A stretch of 64,000 nt of DNA, taken from contig DAOVZN010000003.1 of assembly GCA_030635055.1 (NCBI GenBank), positions 4,121 to 68,120 of the forward strand, in the 5' to 3' direction. The notes beneath the pieces were generated by a model. It did no database searches. It saw nothing but the letters and a program-made list of their open reading frames with translations, and was not told the origin of the DNA. Source of the stretch: a bacterium (GTDB lineage: Bacteria > Patescibacteriota > Minisyncoccia > Minisyncoccales > JAGLPU01). The position numbers and the translations under genes are program-made. This document shows, one piece after another, positions 18,096 to 27,783 of this stretch; position 1 is the first letter of the stretch; each line of letters begins with the position of its first letter.

Positions 18096-19148
18096 ATGTT
18101 TAATAAACTTTTTTCATATTTATCACAAGATATTGCCATTGACTTGGGAACAGCCAACTCCCTGGTTTATGTCCGCGGAGAGGGAATTGTTATTGCCGAA
18201 CCTTCAGTTGTGGCTATTAACAAAAAAACAGGCCAGGTTTTGGCCATTGGCAATGAAGCGAAAAAAATGGTTGGCAAAACTCCATCTCATATTGTGGCGA
18301 CCCGGCCATTGGTAAAGGGAGTGATCTCTGATTTTGAAGTCACTGAACAGATGTTGAGGTATTTTATTGAGAAAGCGCAAAAAAAGAGATTTCTTATCGG
18401 GCAGGCTCCAAGAGTGATTATCGGAATTCCTTGCGGCGTGACCGAAGTGGAAAAAAAGGCGGTTCAGGACGCGGCAAAATCAGGCGGAGCCAGAGAAGTT
18501 TTCTTGATTGAACAGCCTATGGCCGCCGCCATCGGCGCGAGGCTGCCGGTTCAGGAAGCAGGAGGCAATTTTATCGTTGACATTGGAGGAGGAACAACGG
18601 AAGTGGCGGTTATTTCTTTGGGAGGCCTGGTATTGGCAAAAAGCCTGAGAATTGCCGGAGACAAGCTTTCCGAAGATATTATTTATTTCGGACAAGAAGA
18701 ATATAAGCTGCTGATAGGTGAAAGAACTGCTGAAAACATAAAAATTAACCTTGGCTCAGCTTATCCGGTAAAACAAAAAAAAGAAATGCCTATGAGAGGC
18801 AGAAATCTAGTTACGGGACTGCCGGAAGAAATCTCAGTTTCTGACGTGGATATCCGCCGAGCCATGGAAAAATCAGTAAAACAGATCGTAAACGCGATAA
18901 AAGCCACTGTAGAAGAAACCCCTCCCGAACTGCTGGCTGACATTATGTCCAGAGGAATACATCTTGCCGGAGGAGGAGCATTATTAAGGGGATTGGATTC
19001 TTTGATCTCCAAAGAAACCAAAATTCCCTGCAAGATCATTGACGACCCTTTGACCGCAGTTGCGAGAGGAGCGGGAATGGTTTTAGAGAACATAGACGAA
19101 CTTCACGATGTATTAGTAGAAATAGGAGAGCTGGAGCCTCCAAAATAA
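18096..19148 (+). CDS. mreB: rod shape-determining protein MreB (paralog 2)
   Basis: IDLGTANSLV; RPLVKGVISDF; VDIGGGTTEVAVISLGG; ETPPELLADI. Confidence 0.95.
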   Translation: MFNKLFSYLSQDIAIDLGTANSLVYVRGEGIVIAEPSVVAINKKTGQVLAIGNEAKKMVGKTPSHIVATRPLVKGVISDFEVTEQMLRYFIEKAQKKRFLIGQAPRVIIGIPCGVTEVEKKAVQDAAKSGGAREVFLIEQPMAAAIGARLPVQEAGGNFIVDIGGGTTEVAVISLGGLVLAKSLRIAGDKLSEDIIYFGQEEYKLLIGERTAENIKINLGSAYPVKQKKEMPMRGRNLVTGLPEEISVSDVDIRRAMEKSVKQIVNAIKATVEETPPELLADIMSRGIHLAGGGALLRGLDSLISKETKIPCKIIDDPLTAVARGAGMVLENIDELHDVLVEIGELEPPK

Positions 19149-19152
19149 AAAT

Positions 19153-19434
19153 ATGATCAATAAAGAAGAAGTTAAACATATAGCCGAATTAGCCAGACTG
19201 GGCTTGAATGAAGAAGAAATAAAAACAATGGAAAAAGAACTTTCCTCTATTTTGGATTATATGGAAACACTCAAAAAAGTTGATGCCGAAGACAGCGCTA
19301 TCACCAATTATTCAAAGTTGATTGAAAACACCATGAGAGAAGATAAAATAAAAACAACGGAAAACAACGCTCAATTAATGGGCGCTGTTCCGGAAATGGA
19401 AAAAGGATTTATTAAAGTTAAAACAGTATTATGA
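19153..19434 (+). CDS. gatC: Asp/Glu-tRNA amidotransferase subunit C
   Basis: EEVKHIAELARLGL; MRED; directly upstream of gatA. Confidence 0.93.
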   Translation: MINKEEVKHIAELARLGLNEEEIKTMEKELSSILDYMETLKKVDAEDSAITNYSKLIENTMREDKIKTTENNAQLMGAVPEMEKGFIKVKTVL

Positions 19435-20855
19435 AACTGTCTAAACTTGATATCAACCAACTTCATCAGGGATTAGTTAAAAAAGAATTCTCCAGCCAGG
19501 AGATCACTAAAGATTTTTTGGAACAAATTGAGAAAAAGAACAAAGAAATCTTTGCTTATTTAAGCGTGCATAAAGAATCTGCTTTGGCTCAAGCTGAAAA
19601 GGTGGATGCTTTAATCGCTGAGAAAAAAGAAATCCCTTTATTGGCAGGTATCCCGACGGCAATGAAAGACATTATTATGATTGAAGGAGAAAAATGCACT
19701 GCGGCTTCAAAAATATTGGCTGACTATACTGCCTCTTTTGACGCCACTGTTATTAAGAAACTGAAAGAACAAGGCGCAGTAATCTTAGGCAAAACCAATA
19801 TGGATGAATTTGCCATGGGTTCTTCAACTGAAAATTCCGCGTTTGGAATCACTCGCAATCCTTGCGACACTGAAAGAGTCCCGGGAGGCTCGTCCGGAGG
19901 CTCGGCAGCGGCCGTGGCGGCTGACATGTGTGTCTATTCCTTAGGCTCAGACACAGGGGGTTCCATTCGCTTGCCGGCCTCATTTTGCGGAACAGTGGGT
20001 TTAAAGCCCACTTACGGAAGAATTTCCCGTTATGGATTAATGGCTTTTGCTTCTTCTTTGGATCAAATCGGACCTTTAACCAAAACAGTGGCAGACGCTA
20101 AAATCGTTTATGACGCGATCAAAGGAAAAGATCCTTTGGATTCAACTTCAGTGGAAGTAAAAGATGAAGATAAGAAGATAAGCGTTAAAGGATTGAAAAT
20201 AGGAGTGCCTAAAGAATATTTTGTTAAAGGAATGGACCCGGAAGTTGAAAAGGTAATTAGAGAAACAATTAAAAAATATGAACAAGAAGGAGCGATCATT
20301 GAAGAAATAAGCTTACCCAGCACTTCTTACGCTCTGCCGGTTTATTATATTATCGCCACCTCGGAAGCCAGCTCCAATTTAGCCAGATACGACGGTATCA
20401 AATACGGATTTTCTAAAACAAAAGACAGCAAAAGCTTATTGGATGTTTATTTGCAAAGCAGGGAAGAGGGAATGGGCGAAGAGGTCAGGAGAAGAATCAT
20501 GCTGGGAACATATGTTTTGTCAGCCGGCTATTATGACGCTTACTATATTAAAGCTCAAAAATTAAGAAATATCATTAAACGGGACTTTGCCCAAGCTTTT
20601 GAAAAAGTTGATGTTATTTTTACTCCGGTCTCTCCGACAGTCGCTTTTAAGATCGGCGATAAAATCGCTGATCCTTTATCAATGTATTTGGGTGATATTT
20701 ACACCATTTCTGTTAATCTTGCCGGCTTGCCGGCAATGTCTACCCCTTGCGGTAAAGCTCACAACCTTCCGGTGGGACTTCAGATTATCGGTCCGGAATT
20801 TTCGGAAAACAAAATATTTAGCGTTGGACAAATATTAGAAAACTATGGACATTAA
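19431..20855 (+). CDS. gatA: Asp/Glu-tRNA amidotransferase subunit A
   Basis: GKTNMDEFAMGSSTENS; PGGSSGGSAAA; GSDTGGSIRLPA; EASSNLARYDG. Confidence 0.98.
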   Translation: MKLSKLDINQLHQGLVKKEFSSQEITKDFLEQIEKKNKEIFAYLSVHKESALAQAEKVDALIAEKKEIPLLAGIPTAMKDIIMIEGEKCTAASKILADYTASFDATVIKKLKEQGAVILGKTNMDEFAMGSSTENSAFGITRNPCDTERVPGGSSGGSAAAVAADMCVYSLGSDTGGSIRLPASFCGTVGLKPTYGRISRYGLMAFASSLDQIGPLTKTVADAKIVYDAIKGKDPLDSTSVEVKDEDKKISVKGLKIGVPKEYFVKGMDPEVEKVIRETIKKYEQEGAIIEEISLPSTSYALPVYYIIATSEASSNLARYDGIKYGFSKTKDSKSLLDVYLQSREEGMGEEVRRRIMLGTYVLSAGYYDAYYIKAQKLRNIIKRDFAQAFEKVDVIFTPVSPTVAFKIGDKIADPLSMYLGDIYTISVNLAGLPAMSTPCGKAHNLPVGLQIIGPEFSENKIFSVGQILENYGH

Positions 20856-21363
20856 TCCTATAATTTCATATATAATTTCGCCTGAGCTGCAGGAAACTCT
20901 ATACCCTCTTAAAGTCGCTTCTTTTATTGTTGTTTTCTTTTTCTTAGGTTTTATCACTTGGGCTGTCTTTAAGACAATGTGGATTAAGTTCCATATACTT
21001 TTTGATCTGGTGGAATTTTTGACTATGCGCCCTTACGGAGTTAAAAAAGTTAATAAAATATGGAATAGAGCGGCTGAAAAAGTTAGAAGAAACGACCAAA
21101 GAGAATACAAGCACGCGTTGGTTGATCTGGATAAAACTTTGGATTCTATTTTAAGAAAATCAGGGAATAAAGGAAAAAATCTGGAAGAAAGATTGAGCCA
21201 GCTCACGGAAGGAGGATTTCCTCCTTTGCTGCGAATATTGGAAGCTCATAAAATCTGTGAAGAAATCAAAACCGACCTTTATTACGATCTTGAGCCGGAA
21301 GAAGCAGAAAAAATGCTCGCTGCTTACAAGGAAGCGTTTTTGTGTTTACACGCTTTTAATTGA
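20845..21363 (+). CDS. membrane-anchored hypothetical protein
   Basis: N-terminal TM followed by helical 'LVDLDKTLDSILRK.G..G.NL.ERL' domain; overlaps the gatA stop. Confidence 0.7.
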   Translation: MDINPIISYIISPELQETLYPLKVASFIVVFFFLGFITWAVFKTMWIKFHILFDLVEFLTMRPYGVKKVNKIWNRAAEKVRRNDQREYKHALVDLDKTLDSILRKSGNKGKNLEERLSQLTEGGFPPLLRILEAHKICEEIKTDLYYDLEPEEAEKMLAAYKEAFLCLHAFN

Positions 21364-21435
21364 CATTTTCTCATTATCGTACTAAAATAAAGAATGCTCT
21401 TTAAAAAGAGTTATAAGATTAAGAGGTGATGACCG
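21360..21435 (+). promoter_or_regulatory. promoter + near-canonical boxA + SD (cassette G)
   Basis: TTGACA (21360)-17-TAAAAT; TGCTCTTTAAAA (21395-21406); GAGGTGA (21423-21429). Confidence 0.8.
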
Positions 21436-21858
21436 ATGGTTGGAGAAGATGGCACTTACAAAATAGGAGATTTCGATCCGGACTTAATGAGACTTCTAAA
21501 CAACATAGAACAAGAAATTTCCAAAATGGAAGTGTATGAAGTAAATCCGGAAAGATTAAGAAGCCTATATTCCATATACGGAGAAGGTGGAATAATGCTT
21601 GGCGTACCAATAAGATACATAAGAGACGACATTAATCTGAAAGAGGGTTACGAAATTCTTGACCAAAAACGTAAGCGCGTAGAGGAAAAAATTCCTGAAG
21701 GAATACCATTCCAGGCAAGATTGAAAATAGAAGATGTTACGCAAAGCGCCTACGAAGAAGCTGTCCAAGGATTGGAAGAAATACATAAAGACAAAGAAGC
21801 GGCAAAACAACGGGCTGAAGATATAAATAAAATGGAACAATTCGTGCCCTATGTTTAA
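21436..21858 (+). CDS. orphan acidic helical protein (cassette G)
   Basis: 140-aa ORF with own promoter, SD and terminator. Confidence 0.75.
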   Translation: MVGEDGTYKIGDFDPDLMRLLNNIEQEISKMEVYEVNPERLRSLYSIYGEGGIMLGVPIRYIRDDINLKEGYEILDQKRKRVEEKIPEGIPFQARLKIEDVTQSAYEEAVQGLEEIHKDKEAAKQRAEDINKMEQFVPYV

Positions 21859-21865
21859 ATTATAT

Positions 21866-21892
21866 TGACGGAAATTTTCCGTCATTTTTTTT
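21866..21892 (+). terminator. intrinsic terminator of cassette G
   Basis: TGACGGAA-ATT-TTCCGTCA-T8. Confidence 0.85.
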
Positions 21893-21933
21893 GAAAACTT
21901 GCTTTTATTCTACTTTTAGATTAAAATAATCAC

Positions 21934-22004
21934 AGCGCCGTGGAGGAGTAGTACCTCGTGGGTCTCATAAGCCCAAGGCCCTCGTGCAATTCGGGGCGGC
22001 GCAA
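21934..22004 (+). tRNA. tRNA-Met(CAT), initiator-like, atypical
   Basis: Cloverleaf: AGCGCCG/CGGCGCA with 1:72 mismatch; anticodon loop CTCATAA; T-loop TGCAATT. Confidence 0.8.
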
Positions 22005-22019
22005 CAAGCAGTGTTTTTA

Positions 22020-22092
22020 GCCGGTGTAGCTCAGCGGTTAGAGCAGAGTCTTCATAAGGCTAAGGTCGTAGGTTCGACTCCTACCATCGGCA
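22020..22092 (+). tRNA. tRNA-Met/Ile2 (CAT)
   Basis: GCCGGTG/CATCGGC acceptor; TAGCTCAG; anticodon loop TTCATAA; GTTCGACT. Confidence 0.92.
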
Positions 22093-22107
22093 CAAATCTT
22101 ATATTAT

Positions 22108-22181
22108 GCAGCGGTAGCTTAGTGGTTTAAAGCGCCTCCCTGTCACGGAGGAGATCGTGGGTTCAAATCCCATTCGCTGCG
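22108..22181 (+). tRNA. tRNA-Asp(GTC)
   Basis: GCAGCGG/TCGCTGC; CCTCC-CTGTCAC-GGAGG; GTTCAAAT; G73. Confidence 0.95.
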
Positions 22182-22188
22182 CAAAATA

Positions 22189-22218
22189 AAAACTAGCGTC
22201 ATTTAGACGCTAGTTTTT
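22189..22218 (+). terminator. terminator after tRNA cluster
   Basis: AAAACTAGCGTC-ATTTA-GACGCTAGTTTTT. Confidence 0.85.
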
Positions 22219-22273
22219 AATCTTTTACCTGTCTATAAAAATACCTGAATTTATGTTAAAATATTCTATAAGC

Positions 22274-23662
22274 ATGAAAAAATTCGGAATTGTTTTTACA
22301 TTATCAATCTTTTTTATTTCAGCCTGTTTTTATTTGGCTTCTTTTTTTATCCCCAGAACGGCTATGGTTGAAACTATTCCGGATATTTATGCCGGTGATT
22401 TGGTAAATTTAACAGTAAACCAAGAAGAACCTGAGCGAAACTCCGTTTACCTGAAAACCATTCCTGACTTAAAAAAAGACTTTATTCTGGAGAAAAAAGA
22501 CTTTTTGGAAATAAACCTGGACAAAATGGAGGTGCGAGTGTATCAAAAAGGGGAAATCATTAAACAGGTGGAGATTTACAAGAAAGGTAATGTCGACAGC
22601 TGGGGAGGAACAGCCTCGGGACACTATGAAGTGCTGAGAAAGATTAGAACAGCTTGGTCAGCTGTTTCAGAAGTGTATATGCCTTATGCTCTTCATTTTT
22701 ACGGCAAATACTATATTCATGGCGAATCTTACTACCCGAATGGCAGTAAGCTTATTTCTTCGGTGTCAGGAGGCTGTATCAGGCTTTTGGACAAAGATGC
22801 CAAGGAAATATATGGACTGGTTGACAAAGGAATGGCCGTTTTGGTCATAGACAAAGAAAACAGCAAATACGAACACCAGCCCTCAGAAGAGCTTCCGAGT
22901 ATAATGGCTAAGAGCTGGCTTGCGGCTGATTTAGGTTCCGGTTTCGTTTTTGGCTCCGCAAGTTCGACTGAACAATATTCAATCGCTTCTTTGACTAAGT
23001 TGATGACCGCCATAACAGTGGTTGAAAAGATAAGCTTAGATAAAACCATTTGGGCAAGCAAGCAAATGTTGGAAGCTTATGGCTCCACTGAAAAACTGAC
23101 TGCCGGAAGCAGATACGGAGTAGTTGAGCTGCTTTATCCCTTTTTAATAGAATCCAGCAATGATGCCGGAGAAATTTTAGCCGGCTATTTGGGAAGAGAA
23201 AATACTATCGCGTTAATGAATGAAAAAGCAGAAGCAATTTTGATGGAAAAAACTGATTTTGCCTGTCCCAGCGGCTTTGATTTGAACAATATCTCCACTT
23301 CTCAAGACCTTTTCCAATTAGCCAGATACATATTTAACAACCGTCCTCCTCTTTTAGCGATCAGCAAAGGAGAATCCGTTCCCATTTTTGGCTCCAACCG
23401 CTTTAAAAACGAAGGATTATGGAATAAAAATCTTTTTACTTCCGACCCTAATTTTGTCGGCGGGAAAACAGGCTACTTGCCGGAGATAAAAAACAACGGG
23501 CTTTTCATTTTTCGTTTCCTTGACGAAAATGAAGAAGAAAAAAACATAGTAATTGTTGTTTTAAACTCAAAAGACAGCAAAGGAGACACTCAAAAAATTT
23601 ATCGCTGGCTAATGGAAAATTATTCATTATCGCCGGCAGTCCCAATCAATGAACAAGAATAA
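22274..23662 (+). CDS. fusion of YkuD-like L,D-transpeptidase domain and peptidase S11 D-Ala-D-Ala carboxypeptidase
   Basis: N-terminal TM; YMPYALHF..YYIHG...SGGCIRL; then IASLTKLMTA (SxxK), SSN (SxN) and KTG. Confidence 0.88.
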   Translation: MKKFGIVFTLSIFFISACFYLASFFIPRTAMVETIPDIYAGDLVNLTVNQEEPERNSVYLKTIPDLKKDFILEKKDFLEINLDKMEVRVYQKGEIIKQVEIYKKGNVDSWGGTASGHYEVLRKIRTAWSAVSEVYMPYALHFYGKYYIHGESYYPNGSKLISSVSGGCIRLLDKDAKEIYGLVDKGMAVLVIDKENSKYEHQPSEELPSIMAKSWLAADLGSGFVFGSASSTEQYSIASLTKLMTAITVVEKISLDKTIWASKQMLEAYGSTEKLTAGSRYGVVELLYPFLIESSNDAGEILAGYLGRENTIALMNEKAEAILMEKTDFACPSGFDLNNISTSQDLFQLARYIFNNRPPLLAISKGESVPIFGSNRFKNEGLWNKNLFTSDPNFVGGKTGYLPEIKNNGLFIFRFLDENEEEKNIVIVVLNSKDSKGDTQKIYRWLMENYSLSPAVPINEQE

Positions 23663-24692
23663 CGTTGTAACAATCTGTCTGCTGATAATGGCGATAGCTT
23701 TTGTTTCTTACCTTATTATTTCTTTAGATGAAATAATAGCCATTCCAACTCAATCTCCACCAATAATTTCAGTGGGAAACATCCATCCGAAAACAATCGC
23801 TTTCGTTGGTGATATTATGCTGGACAGGGGAGTGGAATACTTGATTGGAAAAAATGATGTTTTTTATCCTTTTGAAAAAATCAGCCCGTTTTTAAATGAA
23901 TTTGATTTTGCTTTTGGAAATCTGGAAGGGCCAATAGTGAGAAAAACAAAAGCCTTTCCTGATGAAAGCCTGATGTTTTGCTTTGAAAAAGAAACAATTA
24001 ATGGTCTTATTTCAGCCAATTTCAGCGTTGTTTCGCTGGCAAACAACCACACCCTAGGCATGGGAAAAGAAGGATTGAATGAGACCAAAGAATTATTAAC
24101 AGAAAATAAGATAGGGTTTGTTGGCGATCCTTTATCTTGTTCCGAAGATTTCATTCTTGAAAAAGACGATCTGGTTTTCTTGGCTTTTGACCGCACGCTG
24201 CGCGGCTGCGAAGATAAAGAGCTTATTAATACCATAAAATCAATCAGAATTAAAAATCCGGACAAATTCTTAATCACCAACCTGCATTGGGGAGTGGAAT
24301 ACGAATTGAAAAGCAACGCTTCTCTGCAGCAAGAACTGGCCCATCAAATAATTGATGCCGGAGCTGATCTAATAATCGGCAGCCATCCTCATGTGGTCCA
24401 GGAAATAGAAAAATACCAAGATAGGCTCATATTCTATTCTTTGGGCAACTTCATCTTTGACCAGTATTTTTCAACAAACACCCAACAAAGCTTAGCTGTA
24501 GGATTGGAAATTTACCCTAACGAATTAGTTTACAAGATATATCCTTTACAAAGCCATTTGGCACAGCCTGCTTTGATGGAACAAACTGAAGCCAAAAAAT
24601 TTCTGGAAGAGCTGTCTGAAAGGTCTGCCAAGGATTTGTCTTCTGAGATAAAAACTGGTATAATAAGAATAGAAAAACAGCTTGATTCATAA
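23649..24692 (+). CDS. CapA/PGA_cap family metallophosphoesterase-like protein
   Basis: FVGDIMLDRGV; GNLEGP; SLANNH; HWGVEY; GSHPHVVQ; YSLGNFIFDQ. Confidence 0.92.
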   Translation: MNKNNVVTICLLIMAIAFVSYLIISLDEIIAIPTQSPPIISVGNIHPKTIAFVGDIMLDRGVEYLIGKNDVFYPFEKISPFLNEFDFAFGNLEGPIVRKTKAFPDESLMFCFEKETINGLISANFSVVSLANNHTLGMGKEGLNETKELLTENKIGFVGDPLSCSEDFILEKDDLVFLAFDRTLRGCEDKELINTIKSIRIKNPDKFLITNLHWGVEYELKSNASLQQELAHQIIDAGADLIIGSHPHVVQEIEKYQDRLIFYSLGNFIFDQYFSTNTQQSLAVGLEIYPNELVYKIYPLQSHLAQPALMEQTEAKKFLEELSERSAKDLSSEIKTGIIRIEKQLDS

Positions 24693-24703
24693 TATAAATT
24701 AGT

Positions 24704-25726
24704 ATGCTTAAAGACCTTAAAGAGCTAAAAGACAAAGCTCAAGAAGAAGTAAAAACAGCCAATAGCTCAAGAGAATTGGAAAGAATATCCAAAGAATATC
24801 TGGGTAAAAAAGGAGAACTTACCCAGATTTTGCATTCTTTGAAAGATTTGCCCAAAACAAGCCGAGCAGAAGTGGGAAAAGAAACAAATGAGATTATAGA
24901 ATTCTTAAAAACTGAAATTGAGAAAAAACTGTCAGAGATGGAAGAAGTGGATAAAAAAGAAGAAGAGCAAAAAGAATGGATTGATGTTAGCGCTCCGGCT
25001 CCAAAGCCCAATTTGGGTCATTTGCATCCTTTGACCATACTTAAAAGAAAAATTGAGAATATTTTCAACACTATGGGATTTACCATAGTTGAGGGTCGGG
25101 AGGTGGAAAATGAATGGTATAATTTTGACGCTTTAAATATTCCAAAGAACCATCCGGCCAGAGACGCTTGGGACACCTCATGGCTCAAAGATGGCAACTT
25201 GCTTCTGCGCACCCATACTTCGCCAGTGCAAATACATTATATGGAAGAGCATCAGCCGCCTTTGCGCATTGTTGTTCCGGGCAAGGTTTTTCGGCACGAG
25301 GCCACTGACGCTTCTCATGATTTCCAATTTTATCAAATAGAAGGATTGATGGTGGATAAAGAAATCTCAGCCGCCAATTTTAAGGCTGTTATTGAAGAAT
25401 TTTTCCGCCAATTCTTTGACAAGCCGGTTAAAGTCCGGCTTCGCCCAGGTTTTTTTCCTTTTGTTGAACCCGGTTTTGAAATAGATATGAGCTGTATGGT
25501 CTGCGGAGGGAAAGGTTGCAGCACCTGCCAAAAAACAGGCTGGATAGAAATGATGGGAGCGGGAATGGTTCATCCCAATGTTTTAAAAGCTGCCGGCCTG
25601 AATCCCAAAAACTGGCAAGGATTTGCTTTTGGCATGGGTTTAGATAGACTGGTAATGATGAAGTATAAGATAAATGATATTCGCTTATTCCATGGCAACG
25701 ATTTAAGATTTTTAAAACAGTTTTAG
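24704..25726 (+). CDS. pheS: phenylalanine-tRNA ligase alpha subunit
   Basis: GHLHP; NFDALNIP.NHPARD; LRTHTSPVQ; FPFVEP; GFAFGMGLDRL. Confidence 0.98.
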   Translation: MLKDLKELKDKAQEEVKTANSSRELERISKEYLGKKGELTQILHSLKDLPKTSRAEVGKETNEIIEFLKTEIEKKLSEMEEVDKKEEEQKEWIDVSAPAPKPNLGHLHPLTILKRKIENIFNTMGFTIVEGREVENEWYNFDALNIPKNHPARDAWDTSWLKDGNLLLRTHTSPVQIHYMEEHQPPLRIVVPGKVFRHEATDASHDFQFYQIEGLMVDKEISAANFKAVIEEFFRQFFDKPVKVRLRPGFFPFVEPGFEIDMSCMVCGGKGCSTCQKTGWIEMMGAGMVHPNVLKAAGLNPKNWQGFAFGMGLDRLVMMKYKINDIRLFHGNDLRFLKQF

Positions 25727-25729
25727 ATT

Positions 25730-27772
25730 ATGATATTTTCATATAACTTCCTGCAATCTTTTTTCAAAGAAAAACTGCCCCAGCCGCAAAAACTGGCCGA
25801 CCTTTTAATAAGGTATAGTTTTGAAGTGGAAAAGATGGAAAAAAGAGGCAATGACTGGCTTCTGGATATTGATGTTCTCTCCAATAGGGCAGCTGACTGT
25901 TTTTCCTATCTAGGAATAGCCAGAGAATGCGCCGCCATTACAGGAATTAAATTGACAATTAAGAAATATAATCTAGTTGAAGATAAAACGATAAAAATCA
26001 AGGATCTGATTACCGTAGAAGTAGAAGACAAGAAAATCTGTTCCCGCTATACGGCCAAGGTTATTAAAGGAATTAAGGTAAAACCTTCTCCTAAATGGCT
26101 CCAACAGAGACTAGAGTCCTGCGGTCTAAGACCTATCAACAATATTGTGGACGCGGCAAACTATATAATGCTGGAGACGGGACAGCCCTTGCATACTTTT
26201 GACCTCGATAAGATAGAATCAATTGCTGTCCGCCAAGCTGTTAAAGGAGAAAAAATCGTTTCTTTGGATAATGAAAAATATGATTTAGACGAAAGTATTT
26301 TGATTATCGCGGATAAGGAGAACCCTTTGGCTATCGCCGGGATCAAGGGAGGAAAAAGCGCGGAGATCAATTCCGAGACTAAAACTATAATTTTAGAAGC
26401 TGCCAACTTTGATTATCAAAGTATCCGAGCAGCTTCCCGCAAATTAAAGCTGAAAACTGACGCTTCTTTGCGTTTTGAGCATGGCTTAGACCCAAACTTA
26501 ACTGAGTTCGCCTTAAAAAGACTTGCCGGCCTGCTTCAAGAGATAGCAGGAGGAAAAGCGGCTAAAGGCATGATCGATCTTTATCCTCAAAAAACTCTGC
26601 CCAAAAGAATTAAATTAGATCTAAGCTACACTCAAAAACTCATAGGGATTGACATAACAGTCAAAGAAATAATTAAAATCTTAAAATCTTTAGAGTTTAA
26701 AGTCATTTCTCAAAATCAAAACAAGGAATTATTAGTGGAAGTTCCCACCTATCGTTTAGATGTTTCTCTTCCCGAGGATCTAATAGAAGAGATTGGACGG
26801 CTTTATGGCTATGAAAACATTGAAGCTGTTCTTCCAACCACTGTTTTGATCCCGCCGAAAAGGAATGAAGAGCTCTTCTGGGAAAATAATATCAAGGATA
26901 TATTAAAAGAGGCCGGATTCAGCGAAGCATATAATTATTCCTTTAATTCCGCTGAACAACTTAGAAATTTTCAATTTCCTCTGGCAAAAAGACCGGAAGT
27001 GAAAAACCCGATGAGCGCTGAACAAAAATATTTAACGCCGAGCTTAATCCCTAATTTATTAAAAAACATAGAAAAAAATCTAGACTATTTTAACGAAATT
27101 AAAATATTTGAACTGGGAAAAACTTTCTCTAAAACAGCGGCTGCTGTGGCAGAGAAGAAAATGCTTACTGCCGTTATCTCCCAAAAAGGCTCTAAGCCCG
27201 AACTGTTTTATGAATTAAAGGGGATAGCTGATTTGTTGCTAAATAATCTGGGAATCACTGATGTTTGGTATGATGAACATCAGCCAACCCCGGAAGAATC
27301 AAAATCTAACATCTGGCATAGCAGAAAATGCGCTGAAATCAAAATAGGCAATAAAGAGATTGGGTTTTTAGGAGAAATATCTCCTGTCTTCTTGGATATT
27401 TTAAAAATAAAGGCAAAGGTAGCTGTTTTTGATCTTGATTTCCAAGCGCTGAAAGAAGCAGCCTTGGAAGAATGCGAATACCGGCCAATTTCCCGTTTTC
27501 CCGCCACAATAAGAGATATAGCCATCTTAGTGCCGAAAACCGCAAAGATCATTGACGTTTTAAATAAAATTAACATTGCCGGAGGAGAGCTGGTGCGCGA
27601 TGTGGATGTCTTTGATGTTTATGAAGGAATCTCCGAGACAAAAAAGAACCTGGCTTTTCATATTGTCTATCAGGCCGATGACAGAACATTGACGGCCAAA
27701 GAAGTGGACCAAATTCAAAATAATATTATAACAGCATTAGAAAAAACCCCGGAATGGGAAGTGCGAAAATAA
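25730..27772 (+). CDS. pheT: phenylalanine-tRNA ligase beta subunit (lacks the OB/B2 insert)
   Basis: NRAADCFSYLGIARE; RPINNIVDAANY; TDASLRFE; DLIEEIGRLYGY; FDX-ACB C-terminus. Confidence 0.96.
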   Translation: MIFSYNFLQSFFKEKLPQPQKLADLLIRYSFEVEKMEKRGNDWLLDIDVLSNRAADCFSYLGIARECAAITGIKLTIKKYNLVEDKTIKIKDLITVEVEDKKICSRYTAKVIKGIKVKPSPKWLQQRLESCGLRPINNIVDAANYIMLETGQPLHTFDLDKIESIAVRQAVKGEKIVSLDNEKYDLDESILIIADKENPLAIAGIKGGKSAEINSETKTIILEAANFDYQSIRAASRKLKLKTDASLRFEHGLDPNLTEFALKRLAGLLQEIAGGKAAKGMIDLYPQKTLPKRIKLDLSYTQKLIGIDITVKEIIKILKSLEFKVISQNQNKELLVEVPTYRLDVSLPEDLIEEIGRLYGYENIEAVLPTTVLIPPKRNEELFWENNIKDILKEAGFSEAYNYSFNSAEQLRNFQFPLAKRPEVKNPMSAEQKYLTPSLIPNLLKNIEKNLDYFNEIKIFELGKTFSKTAAAVAEKKMLTAVISQKGSKPELFYELKGIADLLLNNLGITDVWYDEHQPTPEESKSNIWHSRKCAEIKIGNKEIGFLGEISPVFLDILKIKAKVAVFDLDFQALKEAALEECEYRPISRFPATIRDIAILVPKTAKIIDVLNKINIAGGELVRDVDVFDVYEGISETKKNLAFHIVYQADDRTLTAKEVDQIQNNIITALEKTPEWEVRK

Positions 27773-27783
27773 TAAATAAAATT

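Noticed and set aside
13139..19148. Two mreB paralogs
   Set aside because: Multiple mreB copies are frequent in this lineage, and both look intact and ordinary.
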